Source: Leucoraja ocellata (lineage: Eukaryota). From it: 64,000 nt of DNA. The stretch is taken from assembly GCA_036785375.1 (NCBI GenBank), contig JAWMAR010000081.1, positions 2,728,001 through 2,792,000 on the forward strand. The letters are read 5' to 3'. Under the pieces are notes generated by a model. It worked only from the letters and a program-made list of their open reading frames with translations. It was not told the origin of the DNA and made no database searches. The stretch's first letter is position 1. Every line of letters starts with the position of its first letter. The translations under genes and the position numbers were made by a program. Shown in pieces: positions 13,684 through 26,799 of this stretch.

Positions 13684-14175
13684 CTGAAGAGATAAGAAGG
13701 AAGCTGGATACAAAATACTGGTTTTCTCAAGTTTATAACTAGTTATTCTCATGATTAATATTGAATTATAGGACTATTATGTACCAATTTCGCAAAATTA
13801 TTCTTATTCATTTCACATAATTAATTTGTATGGATAGAGTGAAACCATGAACAAATTCAATATTAACCAGCAATAGTATAACAGCACAAAATAAATTTAC
13901 TATCCTTAAACTTTATAGCCATGAGCAGTTGATTTACAATTTTGTCCAAATAATACGAAAAAGATTTTAAAAATTGCTTCATTCCAAGACGCATTTAGTG
14001 AATTTCACAGTTAATTTAAACTGTGGCTCGACTCAAATGCACTTCACAAACCTGTAACCTAAATACCAATAAAACGGCATGGCCTAACTTTCTGCTACAG
14101 GTACATATGTACAAACCTCAGTTTGTGTATATCAATTATTCCATTGCACAGTCCACGCTCAAGGCACAAATAGGG

Positions 14176-14320
14176 GCAGCCACACCTGGAACCTTAGCAT
14201 CTCAAAATTAGAATGTTCAGGACTCAATATGGTATTGCACACATTAGTAATGTTAATGGCATTTTTCAACCTGGGATGTTACATATATTAGGCGTGTCAG
14301 AGGTTGTCACCTTGTGAGTT
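14176..14320 (-). pseudogene. Dead copy of the repeat exon
   Basis: Homologous flanks, but the acceptor reads cccttcaa instead of cag and the body is diverged. Confidence 0.55.
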
Positions 14321-14694
14321 GAAGGGATAAGGAAGAAAATAGTGTTTTGGACAAAAAATAATTTTACTGGGCATCGTCAAATTGTGACAATGTTTTACAA
14401 TTTATCTTATTGTGTATTCAAGTGGAACTATGAATAATATAAAAGTATCAAATTAATATGTTCACCAATTAAATTTAATGGTAATAAAAACATTACAGTG
14501 ATATTGCCACTTCATGCCAATCATTGTTTCCCCAAATCAGTACTAATTTAATGGCAAATAATCATCGCAAATTCATGGCCATGATTGGCTGACAATGTGC
14601 TGCCCAGCTAGAGTACAATGAGAATAAAATAATCACAATGCATGAAATTCCAGGAAACATCAATACTCAAAGCACAAATGCTCATTATCTGTTA

Positions 14695-14809
14695 TCTGAG
14701 CACAATCAGGTTCTAAACTTAATTATATTAGATGTATCAGTGTCGAAGAACTCATGGTCTGGCTCTAAAATAACCAAATTTGGAGTGTCAGATGTTGGCA
14801 TTTCACAGT
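14695..14809 (-). pseudogene. Dead copy of the repeat exon (DCEMPTSDTPNLVILEPDHEFFDTDTSNIIKFRT*)
   Basis: Acceptor tgtcag|AC present; a stop follows and the homologous donor is missing. Confidence 0.55.
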
Positions 14810-15029
14810 CTGACAGGATGCAAAGGAAGCATGAAATACAGGAAATTAAATTATCCTGAAGGATCTAACCTTGAAAATTACTTTGCATCTTATGCACCAT
14901 TTGGATTTGTTTTAAAATGATACAAAAATGATAAAACACAGCATGCACCGATGGATTGACAAATATCGTTCAATGAGCAGAGATGAGCACATTTTTGCCC
15001 CATATCTCACTCATCTATGTATCCATGTA

Positions 15030-15720
15030 CGTTCACACGCACCTCTTCTAACCTCATCTACTGCATTTTGGTGTTCCTGTTGTGGCATCCTGTACATCGA
15101 CGAGACTAAGTGTATACTTGGCAACCATTTCGCTGGACACTTGCACTCAGTCCCCCATGGACTACTGGATGTCCCGGTTGCAAGCTATTTTAATTCCCCT
15201 TCCCATTCCCACACTGACCTCTTTGTCTTGGGCCTCCTCCATTGCCAGAGTGAGGCCACACACAAACTGGAGGAACAGCATCCAATATTCCCATTTGGGT
15301 AGTTTACAATCCAACAGTATGAACATTGAATTCTCCAATTTATGGTAACCTCTAACTAACTTATCCCAAACATCCCCCATTGCTCCACCCCTTCCCACCC
15401 CTGTGCCCCACCTGGACTCCCACCTATTTGTACCCTCCCCCCTTCACCTACTTTTCTCCCTCTGGCTTCACATTGCACAACTCTTCAAACCAGTCTCAGA
15501 TCTGTTCTTATCTCTGGCCTTTGTTCTAACTCCTATTGCCTATGTCGCCCTATTGCCTCTCCCCTTTTCCAGCCACTTTCTCCCCCTCAACAATCAGTCT
15601 AAAGAGCCCTGAAACAAAACGTCGGGTAACCATGTTTTCCAGTGATGCTGCCTGACCCGCTGAGTTACTCCAACACTTTGTGTCCTTTTGTGTATTAGCC
15701 ACATCTGCAGTTCTTTGTTG
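15030..15720 (+). mobile_element. Penelope-like element 3' fragment (GIY-YIG endonuclease remnant plus terminal repeat)
   Basis: ORF 14928-15302 contains CGILYIDETKCILGNHFAGHLHSV...PVASYFNSPSH...KLEEQH, followed by the gatgctgcctgacccgctgagttactcc motif. Confidence 0.8.
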
Positions 15721-15721
15721 C

Positions 15722-16145
15722 TACCTGTCCAAGTGTCTTTCAAACACTGTTATAGTACATGCCTCAACTACCTCCTCTGGCAGCTCGTTCCATATACCCA
15801 CCACCCTCTCAGAGTGGAAAACGTCACCCCTCAGTTTCCTATTAAATTTTGTCCCTCTCCCCCCTGAACCTATATCCTATGGTTCTTGATTCCCTTAACC
15901 TGGCTAAAAGATTGTGCATCCACACTTTCTATTCCCCTCATAATTTTATACGCCTCATCCCTCATCCTCCTACACTCCAATGAATAAAGTCCCAGTCTGT
16001 CCAACCTTTCCCTATTTTCAGGTCCTCAAGACCTGGCAATATCTTTGTAAATCTGCTTTGCATTGTTTCCAGCTTAATGACATCTTTCCTATCGCATGTC
16101 ACTTAAGCTGAACACAGTACTCCAATGGAGCGTCACCAACGTCTC
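15722..16145 (-). mobile_element. Old CR1 LINE 3' fragment
   Basis: CR1 3' motifs (cctcaactacctcctctggcagctcgttccatatacccaccacc). Confidence 0.75.
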
Positions 16146-16169
16146 CAATTACTCATCAATTTCTTGGTT

Positions 16170-16660
16170 TGACAACTGCTTAGCCCAAGACCGCAGGAAG
16201 TAGCAGAGAGTTGTGGATGCAGCCCAGTCTATCATGCAAATAAAACCTCCCTTTCCATCACCACCATTTCCTCCATCTACTGCACGCTGCCTCAGGAAAG
16301 CAGCCAATATAATGAATGTCCACCCAGACCCACTTCATTCTCTCTTCTTCCCTCTCCTGTTGGGAAGATGAAACAAAAGATTCTAGAACAGCACTATCCC
16401 TGTTATTATCACTTCCTTGAAGAGACCTTGAAAAAACAAAGCGTGCGTTGCTGATCTCCTTATCTACCTCATGGTGGCTCTTGCACTTTTTATTATTACC
16501 ACTTTCTCTGTAGCTGCAACAATATGTTTTGCACTGTGTTTCCTTTATCTATTAGCATTACATACACATTTATGACTTGATTGTACTTTTGTATAGTATA
16601 ATTTGACTGGTTAGCATGCAAAACAAAGTTTTTTACTATATCTCTGCACATGTGATAATA
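16170..16660 (+). mobile_element. Rex1/Babar-like LINE 3' fragment
   Basis: Decayed AQDRRK.QRVVDAAQSI...RCLRKAANI...HSLFFPLLLGR coding pattern. Confidence 0.65.
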
Positions 16661-16872
16661 CACATGATTTCAAGAGTGAGAAGCTCTATGTTGCTCATTT
16701 CATACTGTTTGTGACATTGAATAAGTCGCATGCATGTTAATTACTTTACTATCAAAAACACTTTGCATCCATTGAACAAGGAAGTAAGGCAGCAATTCTA
16801 CAAGCAAGGTAATTTCTTGTCACCTTATAACAAACCTCAACATGAAAAGCACACACATGAAGGCAGAAGTAC

Positions 16873-17013
16873 CTTTAACTTCAGTATCTTTTACATTAGC
16901 ACGTTCAGGTTCTGGGATTGGATTGATCATATTAGGAGTATCAGTGAGTGGCAGCACATAGTTCGGCATTAATGTGACCACAAACGGAATATCTGAGCTT
17001 GGCACCTCATCAT
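16873..17013 (-). CDS. Repeat exon, 141 nt: DDEVPSSDIPFVVTLMPNYVLPLTDTPNMINPIPEPERANVKDTEVK
   Basis: cttatctctttag|AT ... AAA G|gtactt. Confidence 0.85.
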
Positions 17014-17162
17014 CTAAAGAGATAAGAAGGAAGGCAGAGAGAAAATGTGTAGTCTCACAAGGAAATTATACGTGTTGTTTAAATTAATAGTTTTGAATTC
17101 CTGCATAAAAGGAATACAATTTAATTAATAATGTTACTTTGCACACAATTATCAAATAGATA

Positions 17163-18773
17163 CAGTGCCCTCCATATTATTTGGGAAAAAGACCCATCAT
17201 TTATTTATTTGCCACTGTACTCCACATTTTGGGATTTGCAATAGAAAATATCACAATGTGGTTAAAGTGCACATTGTCAGATTTTATTTAAGGCAATTTT
17301 TATACATTTTGGTTTCACCATGTAGAAATTACAGCAGTGTTTATACATAGTCCCCCCATTTCAGGGCACCATATTGTTTGGGACACATGAGTTACAGGCA
17401 TTTGTAATTGCTCAGGTGTGTTTAACTGCCTCCTTAATGCAGGTATAAGAGAGCTCTCAGCACCTAGTCTTTCCTACAGTCTTTCCATCACCTTTGGAAA
17501 CTTTTATTGTTGTTTATCAACATGAGGACCAGAGTTGTGCCAATGAAAGTCAAATAAACCATTATGAGACTGAGAAACAAGAATAAAACTGTTAGAGACA
17601 TCAGCCAAACCTTAGGCTTACCAAAATCAACTGTTTGGAACATCATTAAGAAGAAAGAGTGCACTGGTGAGCTTACTAGTCGCAAAGGGACTGGCAGGCC
17701 AAGGAAGACCTCCACAACTGTTCCTCTCTATAATAAAGAAAAATCCCCAAACACCTGCCCAACAGATCAAAAACATTCTTCAGGAGTGGATTTGTCAATG
17801 ACCACTGTCAGCAGAAGACTTCATGAACAGAAATACAGAGGCAACATTGCAAGATACAAACCACAGGTTAGCCGCAAAAATAGGATGGACAGGTAAATGT
17901 TTGCCAAGAAGTACTTAAAAGAGCAACCACAGTTCTGAAAAAAGGTCTTGTGGACAGATGAGATGAAGATTAACATATCAGAATGATGGCAAGAACAAAG
18001 TGTGGAGGAACTGCCCAAGATCCAAAGCATACCACCTCACCTGTGAAACCCAGTGCTGGGGGTGTTATGGCCTGAGCATCTATGGATGCTGAAGGCACTG
18101 GCTCACTTATCTTCATTGATGATACATCTGCTGATGATAGTAGCATAATTAATTCTGAAGTGTATATACACATCCCACCTGCTCAAGTTCAAACAAATCC
18201 CTCAAAACCCATTGGCCGGCGGTTCATTCTACAACAAGACAATGATCCCAAACATACTGTTAAAGCAACAAAAGAGTTTTTCAAAGCTGGAAAAGGTCAA
18301 TTCTTGAGTGGCCGTCAATCACCCGATCTGAACCCAATTCAGCATGCCCTCTATATACTGAAGAGAAAACTGAAGGGGACTAGCCCCCAAAACAAGCATA
18401 AGCTAAAGATGGATGCAATACAGCCTGGCTGAGAATCACCAGAGAAGACACCCAGCAACTGGTGATGTCCATGAATCGCAGACTTCAAGCATGCAAAGTC
18501 TATGCAACAAAATACTAAACATGACTACTTTCATTTACACGACATTGCTGTGTCTCAAATATTATGGTGCCCTGAAATGGGGGGACTATGTATAAACACT
18601 GCTTTAATTTCAACATGGCGAAACCAAAATGTATAAAACTGGCCTTTAGTAAAATCTGATAATGTGCACTTTATCCACATGTGATTTTTTTCTATTACAA
18701 ATCTCAAATTGTGGAGTACAGAGACAAATAAATAAATGATGGGTCTTTGTCCCAAACATTATAGAGGGCACTG
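17163..18773 (+). mobile_element. Full-length, inactive Tc1-family DNA transposon (IR/DR type)
   Basis: TA target duplication; ~225-bp inverted repeats starting CAGTGCCCTC with an internal direct repeat; transposase fragments (GRPRKT, WTDE, QQDNDPKH, QSPDLNPI) broken by stops and frameshifts. Confidence 0.95.
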
Positions 18774-19531
18774 TATTCATTTGATATTATTCACAAAGCA
18801 TAATCTAGTACCAGGAAATCCATGAAGCAGGGTTGCTGCCATTTGAGAAACGCAATGTTTCCATCCAGTCGCAATGACAGGTTAGCACAAAACAAAGCCT
18901 CTATTTCCAGCTATGTAAGAATGTTGCCCAAATGATAGAGGCATCCAACACAAAAACAGGCCTACCAGGTCAAAACCAACCGTCAAATACTTAACCACCA
19001 ATCCCATTTATCAACACTTAGTCTCCAACCTTCTATGCTGCCTGGAAACATCAAATTGCAGCCATCCATTGGATGGATCCACCTCCCTCCTTCTCCCCCC
19101 CCCCCCCCGATATACTCACCAACCCTCTTACTCCCCCACATTAAACTATTATTATTAAATCCCATCTATCAGCGACAGACCCAATTTACCAGTTAATCAA
19201 ACTCGTTCTGTTAACTAAGACTATTCTCCTTACTGTCAACAAACTTCTTTACTCTCATTAGTATTGCTTTTCTTAACTGTCTTTTTTATCACACGCCTAA
19301 GATTCCAACATCAACATCTGATGAAGATAAGCAAAAGATTTGTCAATTTGGCTCAACATTAAACAGGTTATATACATGAATACTTGCAACTTTAACACAG
19401 ATTTAACTGTAAAAGCTTGTACAGCATGTGGCCTTAGTTTCCGGCACTCTTATAGAAACCTCAGCGTGAACTTATTATTATTTTATCTATTTCTCATTAC
19501 ACACTCAACGCACAAATGTTATCAAAGGTAC

Positions 19532-19657
19532 CTGCAACTTTAATATCTCCTATGTCTTCAGACTTGGTTATGGGATTGAGGATATTAGGAATGTCAGTAG
19601 CTGGTGGATCAGAGTCTGGGATTAAACTGAACATGTTAGAAGTTGGCACCTCATGGT
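19532..19657 (-). CDS. Repeat exon, 126 nt: DHEVPTSNMFSLIPDSDPPATDIPNILNPITKSEDIGDIKVA
   Basis: cttattccctcag|AC ... GCA G|gtacc. Confidence 0.85.
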
Positions 19658-20279
19658 CTGAGGGAATAAGAAGAAGCCAGGTACAAATTTTAATCTTGCC
19701 TGAAAATGTTTTTATATTGTTTTGATGTACACAATTGTATTCCTGTACATTATTACACTGCAACAATGTAGAATAGTTAATCTAACTACTAAATTACTAA
19801 ATGTATTCATGTCAAGTGATGAACTACACTAATTGGTAATACATTTTTACAGTACCAAACTAATCGAATGTTATGCCTAATTAATCCAAGTTACTCAAAA
19901 TGATTTAAACAAATGGTATGACAATAGATAAACCATGCAGTAATATTTTTCCACTATGAATAATACTTTTTAGCACCACAATATTCACAAAGAGTAATAA
20001 AACAACAGACACTCCATGCAGCAGCAATGTTCCTACTACAGAAAAGTTATTTAGCATTTAATAAACATTACAACAGAATAGCTGAGAGCTGGTTGAATTC
20101 CATGCAGGTAGTGTATGGATAATCACAGACACTTTGCAGACAAGTAATCCAAACAAACATTTAACAGTGTACACATGGAATAGCAGCTTCAGAACTTTGC
20201 TTAACAATCTGGTACTTTGGCACAATCTTCTCCCTGTACATGGTTATTTATTCTTAAACTCACTTTCATGACAAAAGTA

Positions 20280-20400
20280 TTGCCATTAGTATGATTTCGA
20301 TTTAGGGATTGGATGAATTACAATAGGAATGTTACTAAATACTAGATCAGAACCCGAGTTTAAACTAAACAGGGTAGGAGGCGCAATGGTTGCCTCTATT
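20280..20400 (-). pseudogene. Dead copy of the repeat exon
   Basis: Remnant core (gatttagggattgga...aataggaatgt) without the homologous splice sites. Confidence 0.45.
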
Positions 20401-20909
20401 GACTTTTCATGGACTCCAATGGTGTAGCATAAACCTCTACACATTTTCCAACCATTTGATACATGGATAGGAAAGACTATTGGATGGAAAGAGGAATACA
20501 GGCAAATTTGTGTCTAGCTTAGCTGGGTCTTAAATTCATTTTTAGAGGGTCAATGTGCTTTGGATCTTAAATGTAATATAATTATTTTGCAAATGTATAT
20601 TGACTTTTTTTTTAAACAAGTTCAAAGTGTTACTAACAATTTGCAAATGCCCAACACATTCAGTCAACAACAGCTGACACATTGACATTAAAGAAGCTGT
20701 CAAAGACATCCTGTGTGTGCAGTGAGCAGTCTATGCACAGACTCAGTTGGTAGTTAAGCCAAGGCACTGGGAGCTAAGACTTTGTGAACACTGGGTCATG
20801 GACCATACTGGAACTGTGTAACCCCGGGGCATGTAGCCAGTGATTTCAGCGCAATAAAAAATGTGCCCCAATTATTGATTAATTCATTCAATAATACGCC
20901 AATAATACA

Positions 20910-21320
20910 CCAACTGCACCCCCTCCACACACACCTGGATCTCCTGCCATCAGGCAAGAGATACCGTAGCATCAAAGCCCGAACTACCAGACTGCTAAAC
21001 AGCTTCCCGCCACAGGCTGTGAGGCTGCTAAACAGTCACTCCACCTGATTCTGCGGCTTTGCACTGACATTTTAATAACTCTGGCACTGGCCACTCAAAT
21101 CAGCTGCCCTGGACATTTTAATGACTGTTTTTACTGTATTTTAATGTTGCTGTTTTACCTGCTTTTATCTATTTATACTGTTTCATCAGGGACTGGATTG
21201 TTTTTACTGTTATTATGTGTGAAATGTTTTAAGTTTCATGGGCGATGCTCCGGTATTCCCTGGGAAACATCTTCTCATTTTGCACTGTACAACTGTTGCT
21301 TTGCAAGATGACAATAAAGG

Positions 21321-21352
<32 letters not shown>
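20910..21352 (+). mobile_element. Rex1/Babar-like LINE 3' end with (GATT)n tail
   Basis: ORF 20863-21048 HPLHTHLDLLPSGKRYRSIKARTTRLLNSF.PQAVRLLN; gacaataaa followed by about 7 GATT units. Confidence 0.85.
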
Positions 21353-21770
21353 CAATACAATCTGATATATATGGTATGATGAGAAAGTTCATGAGCAACA
21401 TTCTTTCCACTATGTCACAGCTAATTATTACTTAATACACTTTTCAACAATATTGTCATTGGTGAATGAACAAACACTTTACAGCTAACCAATCCCTAAA
21501 CTCAGTAAAACGAGGACATTGACAAACTAACCTAACAAAGGTAAGCATAAAGTACAAATTTTAAGAAATATGAAGTGGATTTCCCATAAACTGTGCCACA
21601 ACATTGAATGAACTGCATGCAAGACAGCATGTTGATATATTTTACACACATGCAATGTGAACACTGATTACACGGGGATTGTGTGGCATAGCATTAAAAG
21701 CATGCGCGCTAAACTTCTATTGCTTTAGCACACACCTAAACAACCAAGGAACAAATATTGGCAGAAATAC

Positions 21771-21911
21771 CTGTAACGTCAAATTCTTTTATCTTAGCGC
21801 GCTCAGTTTCTGGGATTGGATTGATCACATTAGGAGTATCAGAAACCAGAGGATTTAGGCCTGTTATTAAAGTAAGCACTTTAGGAGTGCGAGAAGTTGA
21901 AACCAAGTGGT
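21771..21911 (-). CDS. Repeat exon, 141 nt: DHLVSTSRTPKVLTLITGLNPLVSDTPNVINPIPETERAKIKEFDVT
   Basis: tttttatccctttag|AC ... ACA G|gtattt. Confidence 0.85.
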
Positions 21912-22473
21912 CTAAAGGGATAAAAAACAGAATTCTTATTTTCTGAATCTATGTTGTTTCTGTGAATAATATTGAAAATGCTAGACATCGTTGTTATGTA
22001 TTGATGCAGCACATCTGTTCTTACAGTGCAATAAAACTAAATATGCAAAACTAATGTAAACATGAATAATACTTTTCATAAAGTGCAAAATCAAATGAAC
22101 ATGAAGCATTGCCTCATTAACTCAACATTACTCAAATGATCAGATATAAGAACAGATGCTCCATGCCACAAAATATGCCCAAGAGAAGTTGATAGACTTT
22201 GCTGGTCTCTAAATGTCATGAAATAAGAAGCATGGCCAAATAATTCAACAAAGATATTTAAATGCTCTCTTCCAGGAAAAATGCAACAGTGTTCATTTCC
22301 AATATTTGCAATGAAACTGAAAAGTTGCCTGTAGACAGATTATTGTCAAATACTTGTTATACATTGGAAACTTGAACACAGTTTTAGTGGCAGTGCACCT
22401 ACAGCACATGTTCTTTGTCTTTTTAGCTCAAACCCTACAATCCATCACTAATTATATCCTCATTCAGAAGTGC

Positions 22474-22613
22474 CTGTAACTTTGATATAGCCTGTCTTAA
22501 TAACCTCAGATTTAGGATTTGGAGTGAACACAATAGGAATGTTTGTGACTGGAAACTCAAAGACTGGAATTAAATGTAATGCATTAGAGTGTCAGAGATC
22601 ATCACATCATGAC
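22474..22613 (-). pseudogene. Dead copy of the repeat exon
   Basis: Donor GT changed to GC, acceptor cag changed to cgg; length not a multiple of 3. Confidence 0.6.
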
Positions 22614-23215
22614 CCGAGGGGATAAAATTGAACTAAATGTCTAATTTAATTACTCTCTAACAAAAATAATAAAACATTGTTTTGATAGACATCATTATGG
22701 GGTGTATAACTGAACCTTTCTTCTTTCTGAGAATATTAAGTGAATTTCATTGCAACCATGAATTGTGACTGGTACTATTGTCGTTGCAGCATTGCACAAT
22801 TAAATCAACATTTCTCAAAGTTACTCATATAAAAATGTTACAACAACATGCAGTTACAAAGTTTTCACCTTTCAAATGGAACTACCGTTTAAGTAATTTT
22901 CCCAACAACACAGCAATGATATGCTCTGGACTCAAAACTCCATGAAATAAGTTTGTTGTCTAAATAACCTCAAACCAAATGCATAAATTTCAGGAGGAGA
23001 TATGCGGTGGGCTGCTATGTTTATAGATGCTTTGGCATATTACTGAATAATTGTATGCAAGATAATGTATTCAGCAATAAAATTACTTCACATACAAGTA
23101 ACTTGAACATGAATTTAACAGAAACATTATGGCATAGAATTTATAGCATATGTCAAAAAATTCTGCCACTCTAGCAATCAGTTAAATTCCCAAGTGAAAG
23201 TATTGTCAGAAGTAC

Positions 23216-23347
23216 CTGCAACTTCTGTATCTCTCATCCTAGTTGGTTGAGATTCTAGGATTGGATCGATCACATCAGTAACCGGCAGCTCATGGTTTAA
23301 CATTAAAGTAAACACGTTACTAGTGTCCGAGGTTGGCACCACCTGGT
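23216..23347 (-). CDS. Repeat exon, 132 nt: DQVVPTSDTSNVFTLMLNHELPVTDVIDPILESQPTRMRDTEVA
   Basis: ttatcccgagcag|AC ... GCA G|gtactt. Confidence 0.8.
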
Positions 23348-23850
23348 CTGCTCGGGATAAGGAAGAAGCCAGGTACAAAATTCTTAATCTTGCATGATGA
23401 TGCATGAACTTTCATAAATTAATTATATTTCATTATAGAGCATTGTCATTATTACATAGCAAACTTGCATGGTTCCCACTGTCTCACCATAACCTCCTTA
23501 TCCCTACTATCTTTACACCAGATCTATTTATTATTTCCTAACGGTTCCAAGGCCTTAACATTCCTGTTGAAATGTGATATCTGAATTTTCTGAACTATGC
23601 AACATAATAATTATTCAAGTACAAGTACAAGTAAATTCCCAGGCAATATGGAAGATTAGTCGTTTCCTGTTATGTCATGCAAGCTGTTATATTGACTATT
23701 AAATATTTTGCACAGGAGCAACACAAATAATGTGAGACAGATCTATAACATAAAAAAAAATGTCCTGTTATTTTAACAGGCATCTCAACATGCAAATTAT
23801 TTTTGCTCTGGCTGCAGTTTACAGTAAGGCACAAACATTATCAGAAATAC

Positions 23851-23997
23851 CTGTTATTTCTGTATCTTCTATTTTAGTAGTGTCAGACGCGTGGAGTGCA
23901 TTTGGAACATTTGAAATGTCAGTGACAGGTACGTTAATGTCTGAGATTAAACAGAAGATGTTAGGTATGTTAGAGGTCGGCAACACGGTCTGCTGTA
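23851..23997 (-). CDS. Repeat exon, 147 nt using a shifted acceptor: VQQTVLPTSNIPNIFCLISDINVPVTDISNVPNALHASDTTKIEDTEIT
   Basis: Donor ACA G|gtattt intact; the homologous acceptor gives 139 nt (frameshift), whereas upstream cttacttccag|TA gives phase 1. Confidence 0.55.
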
Positions 23998-24777
23998 CTG
24001 GAAGTAAGCTGGATATTAAATGTTCAAATGACATAATTATTGTTGAAAATTGAACTTATTACAATTACATTAGATGGTTTCCAATGCGGCAATAAATGCC
24101 ACAGGTAAAACAGATTTTATGTAACACAAAACTATCCCGACAATATAATTGATTAAGTGCACTGATTCAATATCGTTCAAAATAATTTGATGCACGACAT
24201 TACACGAGACTCTCCACACTGCAACATTACATCCATTATTTAGAGGCTATTCATAATTCAATGAATCAGAAGAAACAGAGACTGAATAGGTTAACACATC
24301 ACTTCTCAAACAAACTCAAAGTTTTATGAAATACGCTCATTTATTCCAGCATGGATGAGCAAAATGCTTAACTCCAGGTGATATGCCGTGCATTTCCCAA
24401 TTCCCAATATCAATACCAGAGCACAGAACAGATTGCATGTATTTTAGGATAGGTTTGCTAAAATCAAGGTCATGCATGGTGGAATGGGAAAAATGGGAAT
24501 GTGGAAAATGATAGTGGGGACCTGGGTTTGGCCAACAACGAAAAGCAAATTAAGGAAATATATCTATGTGTGGAGTATGCTTGTTTTCCAGGCTCTTCCA
24601 TACTTTACACACAACCAATACAAATGTTCACATAAATATTCATGTAAAAGCATAACATGGCATCTGTGGCACATGTCCAGACTTTCTTCCTTAATTGCGA
24701 TAAACATAAGCATGCACTTTTAATTATTTGCTCCATTGCTTACTTCAAACATAAAATACACAGATTGTTAGAACTAC

Positions 24778-24921
24778 CTGTAACATCTGCCTCTCCTATC
24801 TCAGTAGGATTGGGTTCTGGGATTGGATTAATCACACTGGGAATGTCTGTGGCTTGCCATTCATAGCCAGATATAAAAGAGAACACTTTAGTTGTATGAG
24901 CAGTTGATAATTCATGGTCTT
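24778..24921 (-). CDS. Array exon 1 (type A), 144 nt: EDHELSTAHTTKVFSFISGYEWQATDIPSVINPIPEPNPTEIGEADVT
   Basis: ttttatccttag|AA ... ACA G|gtagtt. Confidence 0.8.
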
Positions 24922-25401
24922 CTAAGGATAAAAAGGAAGCCAAATTACAAAATTCTAAATATTTTCTGATCATACACCTGCACTAAGTAGTTTCTTATGT
25001 ATATTAGCACATTGAACACTATAATTATTTAATTATTTATAAAGTATAGAACAACGTCCTCCAGCCCATGGGAATTATACGAGAACCTCATAGACCAATC
25101 CCATCAGTCCAATACCGCCTGTTTTTTCCTTGCAGCAATCATTCACATTGTTGCCAACAATAATGAACCAAGTTAAGGACTACATCTAAGGGCACAATAT
25201 GTTAGTGGTTTCCAGGCTCTTCCATGCCTTACACACAACCAATACAAATATTCACATAAATATTCATGTAAAAGCATAACATGGCATCTGTGGCATGTGT
25301 CCAGACGTTTTTCCTGAATTGTGATAAACATAAGCATGCACTTTTAATTATTTGCTCCACTGCTTTTTGTAAACATAGAATACACATATTGTTAGGACTA
25401 C

Positions 25402-25545
25402 CTGTAAATTCTGCCTCTCCTATCTTAGCAGGATCAGGTTCTGGGATTGGATTAATCACACTGGGAATGTCTGTGGCTTGCCGTTCATAGCCAGATATTA
25501 AAGAGAACACTGTAGTTGTGTGAGAAGTTGACAATTCATGGTCTT
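25402..25545 (-). CDS. Array exon 2 (type B), 144 nt: EDHELSTSHTTTVFSLISGYERQATDIPSVINPIPEPDPAKIGEAEFT
   Basis: Same splice sites, open frame. Confidence 0.8.
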
Positions 25546-26031
25546 CTAAGGATAAAAAGTAAGCCAAATTATAAAATTCCAAACATCTTCTGAATGTACA
25601 CCTGCATTGAGTAGTTTCCTTTGTATATTAGCACATTTAACATTATCATTAGTTAATTACTTAATACAGTATGGAACAAAATCATCTAACTCATTGGAAT
25701 TATATGAGATGCAAACCTAACAGAGCAATCCCATCAGTCTCATACCGCCTCTTATTTCCTGGCAACACTCTCTCACATTGTTTCCAACAACAAAGAAGCA
25801 AATTAAGGAAAGACCATAAGTGTACAGTATGTTTGTGTTTTCCAGGGTCTTCCATAACTTACACACAACCATTACAAATATTCATATAAATAGTCATGTA
25901 AAAGCATACCGTGGCAACTGTGGCACGTGTCCAGACTCTTCTCCTTAATTGTGATTAACATAAGCATGCATTTTTAATTATTTGTTTCATTGATAACTTC
26001 AAACATAAAATACACAGATTGTTAGAACTAC

Positions 26032-26175
26032 CTGTAACATCTGTCTCCACTATATTAGTAGGATCGGGTTCTGGGATTGGATTGATCACACTGGGAATGT
26101 CTGTGGCTTGCCGTTCATAGCCAGATATTAAAGTGAACACTTTAGTTGTGTGAGAAGTTGATAATTCATGGTTTT
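26032..26175 (-). CDS. Array exon 3 (type C), 144 nt: ENHELSTSHTTKVFTLISGYERQATDIPSVINPIPEPDPTNIVETDVT
   Basis: Same splice sites, open frame. Confidence 0.8.
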
Positions 26176-26655
26176 CTAAGGATAAAAAGGAAGCCAAATT
26201 ACAAAATTCTAAATATCTTCTGAACATACACCTGCGCTAAGTAGTTTCTTATGTACATTAGCACATTGAACACGACCATTACTTGATTATTTAATACAGT
26301 ACAAACAAAGTCATCCAGCCCATTGGAATGATACGAGAACCTCATAGAGCGATCCCATCAGTCCCATACCCCCTCCTATTTCCTTGCAACAGTCACTCAC
26401 ATTGTCGCCAACAATGACGAAGCAAGTTAAGGAAAGACCATAAGTGTACAGTATGTTTGTGTTTTCCAGGCTCTTCCATGGCTTACACACAACCAATCCA
26501 AATATTCATATAAATATGCATGTAAAAGCATACCATGGCAACTGTGGCACGTGTCCAGACTTTTTTCCATAAAAGTGATAAACCTAAGCATGCACTTTTG
26601 ATTATTTGCTCCATTGCTTATTTCAAACATAGAATATACATATTGTTAGGACTAC

Positions 26656-26799
26656 CTGTAAATTCTGCCTCTCCTATCTTAGCAGGGTCAAGTTCTGGGA
26701 TTGGATTGATCACACTGGGAATGTCTGTGGCTTGCTGTTCATAGCCAGATATTAAAGAGAACACTGTAGTTGTGTGAGAAGTTGACAATTCATGGTCTT
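26656..26799 (-). CDS. Array exon 4 (type D), 144 nt: EDHELSTSHTTTVFSLISGYEQQATDIPSVINPIPELDPAKIGEAEFT
   Basis: tttatccatag|AA ... ACA G|gtagtc. Confidence 0.8.

Noticed and set aside
19080-19110. Poly-C run as a functional element
   Set aside because: Simple low-complexity tract with no supporting context
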